Assembly: GCA_049724395.1 (NCBI GenBank)
Contig: JAUGWO010000139.1
Location: forward strand, 1-64,000
DNA: 64,000 nt
Direction: 5' to 3'
Origin: Spongospora subterranea f. sp. subterranea
Lineage: Eukaryota
Shown: in pieces, positions 23,401-34,949 of the stretch
Layout: each line of letters starts with the position of its first letter
How positions within the stretch are numbered: the first letter of the stretch is position 1
Notes under the pieces: generated by a model
Databases searched by the model: none
What the model was told of the DNA's origin: nothing
Seen by the model: the letters and a program-made list of their open reading frames with translations, nothing else
Translations under genes and position numbers: made by a program

Positions 23401-25225
23401 TATACCCACTTAGCATGTTCCGCGAGTGGTCCCCCAATGTACCTCTCGGTCCATTCAGTTGTCAAGTTGGGTGAGCGAATTTGACGCTCCACTAGTTTTG
23501 GGTGTGTCACACTCACACACTCAGACACATCAAGCCCTAGATTAATCCGAGGAGTAATTCGACCCACCCAATACAGTCAATGGCCGAGATAAACAGAGAC
23601 ACCACACACCCAAGACATTGTATCAAACATGAACGCGACAGAGGACGAAAACCTATCCCATCTCAAAATGGTCATTGCTAGTTTGGCGTAGACCGTTCAA
23701 TCCAATTCAAGCCTGACTGTTTGTACAAAATCTTCTTGGCGCCGGAGGGATTGTCGCTTCAGCCGATTGCAAAACGAGGGACTGTTCCCAATTGTACAAC
23801 CTGTAATGTGCGATTCGATCGACATCAACGTCGACTTGTCGCAAACAGAGTCATTAATGCCGAAAAGGTTTGGCGAAGAGTTAGCTCAATACATTTGAGC
23901 AGTGGGCAATAATGACCAAGGTTTATTTAAATTTCGCATACCAATCCCTGGAGCTCGTGGTTATCGAATACCATCAATGCCAGTTGCTCTTTTTCTTCCA
24001 CAGAAAGGCTATTGGCAATACATCCACTGCTCAAATGTATTGAGCTAACTCTTCGCCAAACCTTTTCGGCATTAATGACTCTGTTTGCGACAAGTCGACG
24101 TTGATGTCGATCGAACCGCACATTACATAGTATTGTCGGATTCGGTGTCGCCTTCATGACGATCTTCAACCAATACTTCGTTCGAGTTCCCTACGTCACC
24201 GCGTCTGACGTACGCATCCGGTAAACGAACAAACCATTTTCCTGGTTATCAGGCCGGACCCATCTTAGTTTTTGGATTTCATCAAACCGTCATAATATAT
24301 GCCACTTTGCTCCACAATCACAGTTCCCGTAAATGGCAGCCTTTGGAAAAAATGATTGCTCCTGAGAAGTACTCAATCGAACCGAATCGAACAGTTCGCG
24401 GCATATTGGCAGCGTTGAAGACGCCGTATACAAATGGCAGATCAAGAACTAATGGCGCGGATTCCAGCTCATGGGTTTCAGTCAAAATGTCGCCCCTGCA
24501 TTCCCAAATTGGATCGTCCTGGATCACTTCTCCAGCTGGGTCAAGTGGTTAAGGGCGGAGTGTTTCTGTTCACTGTTGATGTGCTGTCGATTACCCACCC
24601 CTGATCGGATTGTCCAAAAAACGTTCGATGGATTCCTTGACAGGAATCTTGTTGCTTATAAAGAGCTCGCTTCTTCTTAACCTGCGACTAAATTTCGGTT
24701 CAACGCAAAATACGAAAGCCAATCTTGAAGATGCTTGGGACATAGTCTTGGAAGCGTTCTTCCATCGATCCATATAGTGTCGTCACCAGTCGAATGACTT
24801 GTCGATCGTGGCCAGTCATAACGTGCTCTGTCGTAAGTTTCTGCATCGATTGATCTCAAGCAAGAAAGTAAGAGGGGCTCTTGCTCTGGAATAACTATAA
24901 CCCGAAACCTCGGCAACAGATACACATGAAATAAAATAGAGTGGTTAGCGCAAATACAAACACGCTCTGCCTCGCAAACTACTCTAGGTTTTTTCATGTA
25001 CGATATGGAGGGTCAGCATTTGTTTTAAACTTGCTCGAACATGTAAATATTATGTAAACAACATTCCTTCAACAAACGCAAAATAGATGAATGAAACACT
25101 TAGAATCATTTTAGTTATGACTTTGTTCATCCATCGCTTATAAATAAAGTGACTTGGGTACTTGGAATATTTCCGAAGTACTCGCAGTGCGTTTGATGTT
25201 GACGCTTTTGAAAAAGACGTCTCCC
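20480..25225. mobile_element. Rearranged, degenerate TE-like debris, family not identified
   Basis: Stop-riddled ORF fragments duplicated in inverted orientation (four pairs), a CxxC...H..C zinc-finger-like fragment at 23.8-24.1 kb, and no coherent host gene. Confidence 0.45.
23202..23345 (+). repeat. 44-bp tandem repeat, about 3 copies
   Basis: AGACTGTAGGAACGCATTGTTACGACAGTCCCATTGCCAGTGAC repeated. Confidence 0.9.
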
Positions 25226-25715
25226 CAAAACCGCGTGCATTTCGGAGTTCAACGACTTCATCGCGGATTCGGGATCAATCGTCTCAGAAGAAGACTCGGA
25301 AGAAACTGCATTTGAGAAGTCGCTGCTTCGCTCGCTTGTACGAAACGATGAGGATTCAGGGCCAGACGTAGCTAAAACTGCGACAGGTCGCAGGAGACGA
25401 CCTCACGTACCAGCGACTGGAAAATAAATTGCCCCGCTATCGACCGGTTTTAAATTCTCAAAATCAGCAATGTAGTTACGGTCATTTAGCGAGTTTGTTT
25501 CGTAGAATGGCCCAGTCATTGATTTTGGCGTGGCGAATATGTCCTGTAATAATTGGCAATCGGTGCCGGTAACGCAACCATGTTATGTTACCGGCACAGG
25601 ACTTGACTCAGCGCTGTGTGAGATAATTGACCATCATGCACTAGACACGGCATGCAAAAACTCAGCCGACCTGAATGGTGTTCTGGGGTCATTCCGAATT
25701 TCTGTTTGACTTGTG

Positions 25716-27560
25716 ATGGCGAATTGTGCTGTGATCATCATCATCATCATCGCCCTGCTCAACATCGGTGCGTCTTACGGACAAGCTAATGAGCGACAAG
25801 CCGCTGGATTGCCGCCATTGCCAACCGTAAAACCCACACCGACAACTGCTCCAAAGCCGCTGATCAAAATTCCTCCTTTTACCTCGGTTGTTCACGTCAT
25901 CAACATCGTCCTGTGCCAACCATAGTAATTCAATAGCAGGATCTAACTCAACCACGGCACCTAAACCAACCAGTTCTCGTACTATATCGCCAACGTCGTC
26001 ATCCACTGTTCAGCCGTTGTCCCTCAGTAGTTCCACGTCGTCCCCATCGCAATTCACCGCGTCTCCTAGTCCGACGACATCCTTAAACCCAACCAATTTC
26101 ACCACCTCGCCCGCGACTTCATCTCCAGCCACTACTAATCGCACATCTTCACCTTCAACCCCGTCTTCTACAACTTCACCACGGTCATCTAGTTCTCCTC
26201 CATCTAACTCGTCTCGCCCCACTAATTCCCCTCCGTCTAACTCGTCTCGCCCAACCAGTTCCCCTTCATCTAACTCGTCTCGCCCGACAAGTTCCCCTCC
26301 GTCATCATCTCCATCCAATTCCTCTCGCCCATCATCATCTCCATCCAATTCCTCTCGCCCATCATCATCTCCATCCAATTCCTCTCGCCCATCATCACCT
26401 CCATCCAATTCCTCTCGCCCATCATCATCTCCATCCAATTCCTCTCGCCCATCATCATCTCCATCCAATTCTTCTCGCCCATCATCCCGTCCATCTACCT
26501 CTTCCCCGAAACCAGTCTCATCCACCACAGCACCCCATTCGTCATCTCCTATCAAACCAGTATCAATTCCAATACTTTCACCACCTCAGAACAGCACATG
26601 TGCTCAATCCTGCTCTCAAAGCAACGCTCATCTCCACACGATTACAGTTAACGGTACGATGATTGCCCACAATCCTGCTAAATGTCCCTGTCTCAACATG
26701 GAGCTGGAAACGGCAATGGTCGATGCGATCAGTGGCCCTGGCGCTACAGGCCGACCCGATCCAGGAGCACCCGATCTCCAGATGGATCATTTGGCCATTA
26801 CCGATAATATCAACCAGCTACAGAACGTGTCGAACCCATTCGTCGACGATGAAACCGCCACCTTCTACACGATTACGTTCAACCTAACATCAGAGCGCAC
26901 GAGATTGTTCTCCCCGATTGTGTGTGCCAGCCACAGCGAGCCGGGTGCACTATATTCGCTAGGAGCGCTATCCAGCCCAAGGTATCCCGTCCCATCTGGC
27001 GTTCTAATCTCTGTGTCTAAATAGTTCAAAACAGGATTCGAGATCATGATGGAATATGCGGTGCCAAACTACGCGGTGAAAGAGTTGAACGATCTGGCCG
27101 TTCGTCATCAGGTCGGTCAGATCAGTTTATCTGGCGGATATATGGTCCTGTCCCCTGATATTATCGCCATAAACATGACCGCATCCCGTCGATTCCCATT
27201 GGTATTCTCAGTTCGCCATTCGGTCAGCCCCATCGGTTCTAACCTCCGCCCTGAACCCAGATCTCATGCGCCACCATGTTGTACCCCAGTCCCGACTTCT
27301 TCACCGGCTTCAACGACCTTGACATGTTCTCGCCGTCCGGCGGGCAATGCTATGAGAGCATCGTCCTGAACCTGCCAGGGCTTGATGCCGGCACCGACGG
27401 CGGCCAGACGTAAATATGCCCATCGTCTCTCGTCTCGAAAACTCACCACATAACTGTACTCAGATTCAACACGACAAACGTGCCGATATATCCAACACCG
27501 ATCGCGCCGATTGCGCCAACAATGACCGGAATCGGATCCGTTGAAATCAGACAGCAATAG
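25716..27560 (+). CDS. Secreted Ser/Pro/Thr-rich mucin-like protein with C-terminal Spondin_N domain, about 5 exons
   Basis: Signal peptide MANCAVIIIIIIALLNIGASYG and PSNSSRPSSS repeats. The spliced C-terminus has FSPIVCASHS, MLYPSPDFFTG and LDAGTDGGQTF, matching the Spondin_N motifs PSPDWF and DAGTDSG. Confidence 0.8.
26195..26490 (+). repeat. Coding minisatellite of 30-33 bp units
   Basis: CCATCCAATTCCTCTCGCCCATCATCATCT about six times, plus three diverged 33-bp units upstream. Confidence 0.92.
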
Positions 27561-27761
27561 GATCACGATGGAGACGAACAATGATCCAACAACGGTGCCC
27601 AAACCCAATGACCTTTTAGATAAAAAGTTGCCAATACCCTGTACAATTTTCTCTCAAACCCGATTTCATCTCATTCGATGGAAAAATCCAGATTTTCTTC
27701 GACATTTTCGAGTACTTGAAATGACCCTGAACAGATAAACTGTGTTCGCCCCGATATTCTT

Positions 27762-30747
27762 ATGCACCGGCATGGGAAAAAACAGCACGTTCGCCTTCGA
27801 GCTGTTCGATTCACGAACAGCAATGACAACGGTGCCGTCGCCGCCGCGTCGACACTGGTGGCTGTCGAGGCGCGAACCGTCGCGTCGTACGCCGACGACG
27901 ACGACGAGTTCGCCGGCGCCAAGTTCCTGCTCGCCCATCTGGCGGCGTCGGGGGCGACGCAAACCGAGATGATCTTCCGCGCGGGCGGGTCGAATCCGCT
28001 GGCCGAACAGCTGTCGTGGAGTATCCTGGCTCGAAAGGGTACACGATGGCCTGAGATCGGCGAAAACGATATTCGCTGCTGAAATTGTTTTCGGCAGATG
28101 TCGACCTGGCGCCGTTCTCGATCGATACGGTTGCCATCGCCCTGAAACAGGTCCTGCGATCGCTACCGGTCCCTTTGATTCCGTTCTCGTCCGTTCTCGT
28201 CCAGATTCTACGTAAAAAATTCACGATCCGGTTCGGTTTTGTGACGTCCCCTGAATTTGAGTTCAAAAAGGAGATGATCCACCCGATGCAGTTCAGCGAT
28301 ATCGCGACGCGATCGGGGGACGTCTTCGGGCGGATCACCTGGAGTTCCTGTGAGTAAAACCCCCTTAACGTGGCCGTGTTCAGTAAGTGGTTCAGGCGAC
28401 TGAATCTTTTAGGGCCGATCTGATACGATTGCTGAGCGATGTCGCCATCGCCGAGAACATCACGAAAGTGTCGGCCAGGCACCTGTCCGATATGTTCGGG
28501 ACGTGTCTCATGCGGAACTCACCGGATTCCGACCCGGTCGACGACCGGAAATCGTTCAGCCAAGTCGTCGAGTTCCTGATCCATCACTGGGACGAGATCG
28601 TCGCCGAACTGGAGATCGACGGTTCCCGGAAAGGAGATGGAGCCGGACCAGGGCGATTATCGCGAACGGGTTCGACCTGCCAGGAATATTATCGTGAGAT
28701 TATCGCGACGGAATCGGGGGGCACCGGTTCGGGAGACGTCAACGGATCCGCCGGAATGGGATCCGCCGGATATTCCAACGCAACCCGTCGCCCGACAAGA
28801 AGCTCAAAGGACGAGGTTGGCGAAAACAAGGTCGTCGCCAGGTAATTCGGGTGTCGACCTAGGGGGAGCGATTAACGGGGGGTGTTGATTTAGGATTGAA
28901 GCCGCGAGATCCGTCCCATGGACCAAGCGAACGACCCAGCCTGAAACCGGAGTCGGTCCGATATCGGGAAGATCATCGCGTGGCCAAGACCAGCCAGATC
29001 CTCGAGGCGAACGCCCGCAAACAGGAGCTGCGGTTCCTGCGGGAGCAGACCCAGACCGAGAGCCTGCTCAAGTTCCGGCGAAGCTGTGCGAATCCGCCGT
29101 ATCCGCCCGATACGACGCCACCGGACCCGCCCAGAACCGAGGACGTTCCACAGATCGATCAATCCGAAGGAGGAACTCAACGATTGACGGTGACGGAAAA
29201 CGGGAGATCGCGTCTGAGGACCAACCTGTCGATCCAGTCGCTGCAAACTGACGACGACGACGACGTCCACGAAGGGCCGGTCGATGGTGGTATGGAGGCG
29301 GCGGGAGGGCGTCTGAAACCCCCGGAATTGCAGATCGAACCGGATCGGAACGGGTCGCGATCGTCGTCGATCGAGTCGCTGGTGGCGTCGCCGGTCGAGC
29401 GCGCCGAACCGGAGCGAACCTCGTCCTGGTGGCACGACGCCAATCGCCTACGGCAGAGCGCGCCCCAGCTGAGTTTGACGCCGAACGATATCGACATCAT
29501 GGCGGGTTTCGCCCAGTTCATCGAGCCGGACCCGATTTCGTCGGAAGCGCCCCCGTCCAACGACGACAACGATTCGATCGCGTCGTCGATTGAGAATACG
29601 CCACGAGGTCTAGTCAGTCCCATGTTCAGGAACGTCCGCTTCGCCGACCAGCCAACCGAGACGACAGCGCCAGAACCCGACCCGATTGCCGTTCCCGATG
29701 AACTCAACCCGAAACCGGAACCCGATCCGGCAACAGGTGAAGGTGCAACGGAAGATAACGGCGAATTCGTGGATTGAACGACAACAGCAAGCGATTGTCA
29801 AGAAGTTGGCGGGACCGGCCGACTCAACGGCGTATAAACCTGAGATTTCCACAAAATCGATCAGAGCGCCAGGGGGGATCATCAGACGGAAAGCGCCCGT
29901 GTCGAAGTTCCGGCGAATGTTCGAGCAGAAGGCGCTGGGGATTGAAAATACCGACGAGGACGTGATGATCGAGGCGCGCGAGCTGGCCATCCGGCACCAC
30001 CCGGCCCCGGTAATCGCCAAGAAGGGGAACTGGCACGAGGAACAGGCCAGGAACGTGGCGATAACCGATCACCCGCGCTATATCGATCGGTTCCAGAGCG
30101 GGTTCCAGAGCCCGAGCGCGCCGTTGACCGAGCGGCTGGTTCGATCGCCATCCGCCAGGCGAGCGTCCGATTCCGGAAACTCCTGGAGCACCAACTCGGA
30201 CGCCGAACAGGAATCAACGCCGTCGGCTGCCGAGATCGTTCCCGCTCCCGTTCGGAAACTGTCAATCTCGCGAGTGAACGCCCTGAAGAACCAGTTGGCG
30301 CATCGGGCGCTGAGTGTCGAGCAGACGCCGCCCGCCGTCCAGCGGGCGCTATCCGCTTCCGCCGAGCTCGAGCTTCAGCGGTCCCAGGCGCAGAAGACGG
30401 CGCTAAAGCGGGCGTCACAGATCGTGGCCGCCGGGCTCCCGTCGGGATTCTACCGGATACAGAGCGCCAGACGGAGGGATATTCGAGGGGGACGAACGGC
30501 CAGAACCTCGTCGATCGGGGGCGGCAGTCAATCGGAGGAGAGCGATGGGGGGACGATGACGGCCAGATCCATTCGCAGACCGAGGATGAGCGGGTCGGTG
30601 TTCGCCAAGCGACTGTCGACGTCGTCGTCGGCCGATAGTCCAACGCACGAGATGTCCGGCCCAGAGCTAACCCCATTGTCGCTGGCGCCATTGTTTCCAT
30701 CTGGACCGAACCAATCTGCCACCTCTTCATCTAATATCATATTATAA
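27762..30747 (+). CDS. RhoGAP-domain protein with long disordered C-terminus, multi-exon
   Basis: EMIFRAGG (arginine finger), TVAIALKQVLRSLPVPLIPF and TKVSARHLSDMFGTCLMR. ORFs 28896-29777 and 29686-30747 can be joined by a short intron. Start uncertain. Confidence 0.8.
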
Positions 30748-31237
30748 AACCCCCTTTCTAATCGTTGTCGTGATTGGAGACCCAAACTCGATGTTCAGGA
30801 AACGCAGAAAGGTTTCTGAAATCGCTAATCAATGTTGTCGAGGGCGGCTGGAAGACACTTAAATGGGTTCTGGCGTCATCCCATCAGGATTAGGAGGAGG
30901 CCATAAACGGTGACCAGTCGCGTATTGGCCCATGAGCGATGACCAGTATTAACGGATACGATATGATTCCAAGTCCCGACTAGATCGTGATTTATCGGAA
31001 TATATATATTCGAGGGCGGAACAGATATCGATGAGGAAGGTATCGCTTAATACCGATCAGGTTTCCATTGACCCCGTCAGGAAAAGGATTCCTAACAATG
31101 ACCACAGCAATGTCAAAAATTCCTTCCAGTTTATGACATTGTGACGATCGCGTTTTTGCCAAGTTTGGCCATGGCCGTGGCGCAATCCCGACCGTCATTC
31201 ACGATACACATATATCCACCCCCGCCAGCTGACGACC

Positions 31238-32671
31238 ATGGTTTTGGGTTAGATGACGAGGCGGCCCTCATGGACGAGGGTCGGCGATATCACTGATCTG
31301 GCCAGAACAATCATGGGCGGTGATCTCGATCAGCTGAATCAATTGCGGAAATCGCTGACGGATTGGCCCGTTTATCGTCGGGGTAATGTTCGTCAATCGA
31401 ACAGATTCCCCGTGTCTCGTCAACTGGGGGCGTTCAACAGCATCGTTGACAATGTAATTCAGGTCGTATCAGAGTTGGTTGTAGGCGCCGCTGAATGTTG
31501 TACCTTCGATAACAGGCGAACCGATTGTGTTCGGGTATCTGGCCTGATCGCCATCGTCGACTTAATCTGTCGTATATCGTCGTCAACCGATCCATGTCTG
31601 CTCACCCTGGTCGTCTCACTACCGGGTTGGAATATTGTTCCCAACAACGGGCGCTTCCGATGTGTACTGAGACCCCTGTTTTTTCAGGCGAGCTTCTCAG
31701 AGAAGCGCTGTCCTCGCTGTCGCCGCCGGCCAGATCGGTCATGATTGACGCCATTGTATTGCACTCTCCGCAACTCACCACAGAATTGGAAGAGTTCATC
31801 GTGAAAATTCCTTGTGAACCTGCTCTGCCGGTCATCTCGTCCACAACTGAATCATTACATTTACCGAATTCTGGAGATTGGGCCCATCGCTTGGCGTCGG
31901 CGCCGATCAACGAGATCTACGACGCTCTTTTAGAGATCGCGTCACGATGCACTGACGACGTATTATTCGACGCTGGTCTCGACACGCTCTTCCTGCATTG
32001 CAGCAATGCGCTTCTCAATACGTTGAATCTATGGAATATCAGGGGAACCAGGTTCTCACAAACACGACACCCTCTGTTCCAATCGCTTTTATTGACACAC
32101 AGCTCGTTTTGACACAGAGCCCGTTTACGAGAATCAGGTCTGTTAGTGGCTCCTCCATTTCGTCTGTTGGCGGCGCTTGGTCTAGCTGAAGATTCCAGAT
32201 TAGACGCCGCCGGGTCCCTGTTCAAAAAAGCCAAGCGCCGCTCGTCATGTAATTCGATTCTGATTTCGACTCGAAACCCTCTGAATATTGTTTACAGCGC
32301 TTCAAGTCTCGCTCATGGACGTGACCGTTGAGCTCGACGCGTTCGTTCGTTGCCGCCGACCTGGCGCTGACCTGTTGGAATTGGGCATCACCCTGGTCAC
32401 TGCCTTATCCAAGTCTCGCGATCCCCAGTCCTCAACCGCTCTGATCTCGGTCATATTCGTGCACGTTCCCAACCTCATATCTCCCGATTCGCTTCATGAA
32501 GCGCTCAGGTTCGCGGTTTCCGCTGTTGTCGCCGCTCTATTTCCCATTGTCGTTAACTCGTATCTTTCCAGAATATATCGAGGCTATGCGGGGGGCGTTA
32601 ATAATCTCAATCTAGGAAATGGGCTCTTTTTGCTGGAGAAGGAGCTTTCTAAATTCACATTAACTTTGTGA
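31238..32671 (+). CDS. Hypothetical Leu-rich helical protein, multi-exon
   Basis: Chain of overlapping plus-strand ORFs (31253-31744, 31525-32112, 32146-32331, 32288-32671) with coding-like composition and no recognised motif. Confidence 0.45.
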
Positions 32672-32716
32672 TTTTGGTAAAAGGTCTTTGTCGATTGTTT
32701 AATTATACCAATAAAT

Positions 32717-33399
32717 CTATAGTCGTTTTATGCTGCGTTTTTGCTTCTTCTGCTGAACCATAGCGCCGGCGACAACGCCTTCGACGCCGCCGGGCGTGAT
32801 CGTTGCGGATTTGGGTGTGGCGTAGACCTTGGTGAACAAGCGCGCTCTGGCGGCGTAATCGTCGTAGCTGTCGAGCAGCATCTTACCTGCTTCTTCGTTC
32901 AGCGCCGACTCGGGATTTGGCTGAATCAGCAGGCAGCGAATAACGGAGAGGGTGTGCTGAATCCCTTGCGTTGGGCGCCAGTCCTTTTTCAACGCGTTCA
33001 CGCAAATCATCCCATCGCTGTGCACGTTCGGATGGAAGATTTTCGTGGCGAAAACGGCTAAGCTAATCGTTCAGAAAACCGGAAATGTCAAAGCATCGAA
33101 ATCGAGACCTTTAGGAGGATGGGCTGGATAATCATTGCCGAGAATCAACTTGCAATGGAATACGCCGCCGTAATATGGGGTCTCTTCGGGGCCTTTGATC
33201 TCGGCGTGGATTGTCGACATATTGTCGTCGTTGAGCTTGACCATGACCCCATCGTCCGACACGGTCTTGTTCAACGCTTGCAGCTCCCGCATCAGGCTGG
33301 AGATGACGGCCGGCGACAGATTCTCGTTCGCCTGTCACCAGAGATTTACCAAAAACGGCCGGGGCCGGAATCCGCATCCAAACACGATCCACCTACCAT
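32717..33399 (-). CDS. UBE2S: Ubiquitin-conjugating enzyme E2 S
   Basis: [54 protein letters not shown], basic tail KRSIKRL. The first coding exon is only ATG. Confidence 0.92.
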
Positions 33400-34393
33400 A
33401 GAGTCGGATCCCAATTCGAGAAATCACCGAGACCTGTTTTGGGTGAAGACGTACCCCTTGATCAATGGGTTGACCCGATTCTGTTGATCCCTGCCAATGA
33501 TATTCCCCAATGACGGCAATATGCGCGGGTAAAGTCACATCCGGCCAAGACGGTCACCCCCATGGCCCATCTCGGCCGGCTGATCCTCCTCTCGCGACCC
33601 GTCCTCACTACATACTGGCTCGGCCCAACCCCTGTTGGCCGTTACCAGTGTCGGGCGAGCGGCCGGGACACTGGTCAGTAACACCATCATGCAGTGGGGT
33701 ATCGTGGTACTGCTGCCTGCCGACGATTGGGGGTCAGTGCTGTTAATTGCAGGACGAGGTCGAGGGGATTACACTACGCCCATCGCCAAACGTCCTTGAA
33801 AAAACGTCCAAATGGCTAATTTATCATCGGTAGTGGAACGGGATTTCGGTGAGAAATTGCCAAATATTGCAATAAACGGAGCGTTTGTATTGATTCGGAC
33901 GGGGAGATTAGGAAGAAAGAGCGTTAGAAATTGAGGCAAAGGTTAATCTTCGTGGGATTCTGTCTCGGGTTTAGGGCTGTAATACTCCTTGTCGAAAAAC
34001 GTATATTTGTCGCCGTCTTTCCATGGAAACGCCTTTTTACGAATGTTCATATACCTGAGCCATATTCTTCTCAGTTCGATAGATACATTGAGAGACTATG
34101 CGATATAATTACGCAAAGTCTGGTTTCTCGTAATGGTCATGATGGTTCATATGTAGTTGATAGTTATAAACTCCAAATGCAGTGACAAGAGGAAATCCGA
34201 AAAACACGGTCAATCTCTTATACATGGCAGTCCCGCCTAAAAGCAATAAAACAATAATATTAGATGGGCGATATTCAGGCCATTAAACCAGATATACTGT
34301 CAATTTTGGCGCAGCTGAACATCAATGAACACAGCTCTTTGAGTTTCGTCATAACGGGACGAGTTTCCTAAAATAATAAGGTTCTACAGATAT

Positions 34394-34627
34394 GAGAGGA
34401 GACTGGGAGATGTGAATAAACAGGTGTACACCTCAATGTACAGTACCTATACGGTGGACCAGTCCCTCAACTGTAGAGGAGACTGAGACTAATGTACACG
34501 TCAGTGTACTGTATCTTTACAGTGGACCAGTCCCTCAACCGTAGGAGACTGAGAGAGGTGAGCAAACAGGTGTACACCTCAGTGTATTATATCTATACGG
34601 TGAACCAGTCCCTCCCTCAACCGTAGA
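34394..34627. repeat. Three degenerate tandem units of about 65-90 bp
   Basis: AGGAGACTG..TGTACACCTCAGTGTA..GTGGACCAGTCCCTCAAC occurs three times. Confidence 0.85.
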
Positions 34628-34949
34628 GCGCCTCGCATTTGTTCGGAAATTGTTGTTGATATTCGAGACAAATCCATTTTTTTTTTTGTTCTTAGGAAGA
34701 AAAAACAGAAACATGGGAACTATCGATCAGATCTCAATTAACATATGCGATCATCAATCGTACTGGCCTCATAAAAACAGATTGTTTTTGCCCTTCGTAA
34801 GCCGTAAGGCCCGAAAGCGACTGCATACTTTCCTATATATATCCGATACCAAGCGGTTTTAATAATACTTCGAAATATTCTGGTGGAATAATAATTCGTC
34901 CTAGCATCTGCATCCAATACGCTATAAATCCTGCTTTTCGCAGACCAAG

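Noticed and set aside
26010..26555. Acidic Gly/Asp repeat ORFs on the minus strand
   Set aside because: They are the antisense shadow of the Ser/Pro coding minisatellite.
28890..30785. Several long minus-strand ORFs
   Set aside because: They are antisense shadows of the GC-rich RhoGAP gene and carry no motifs.
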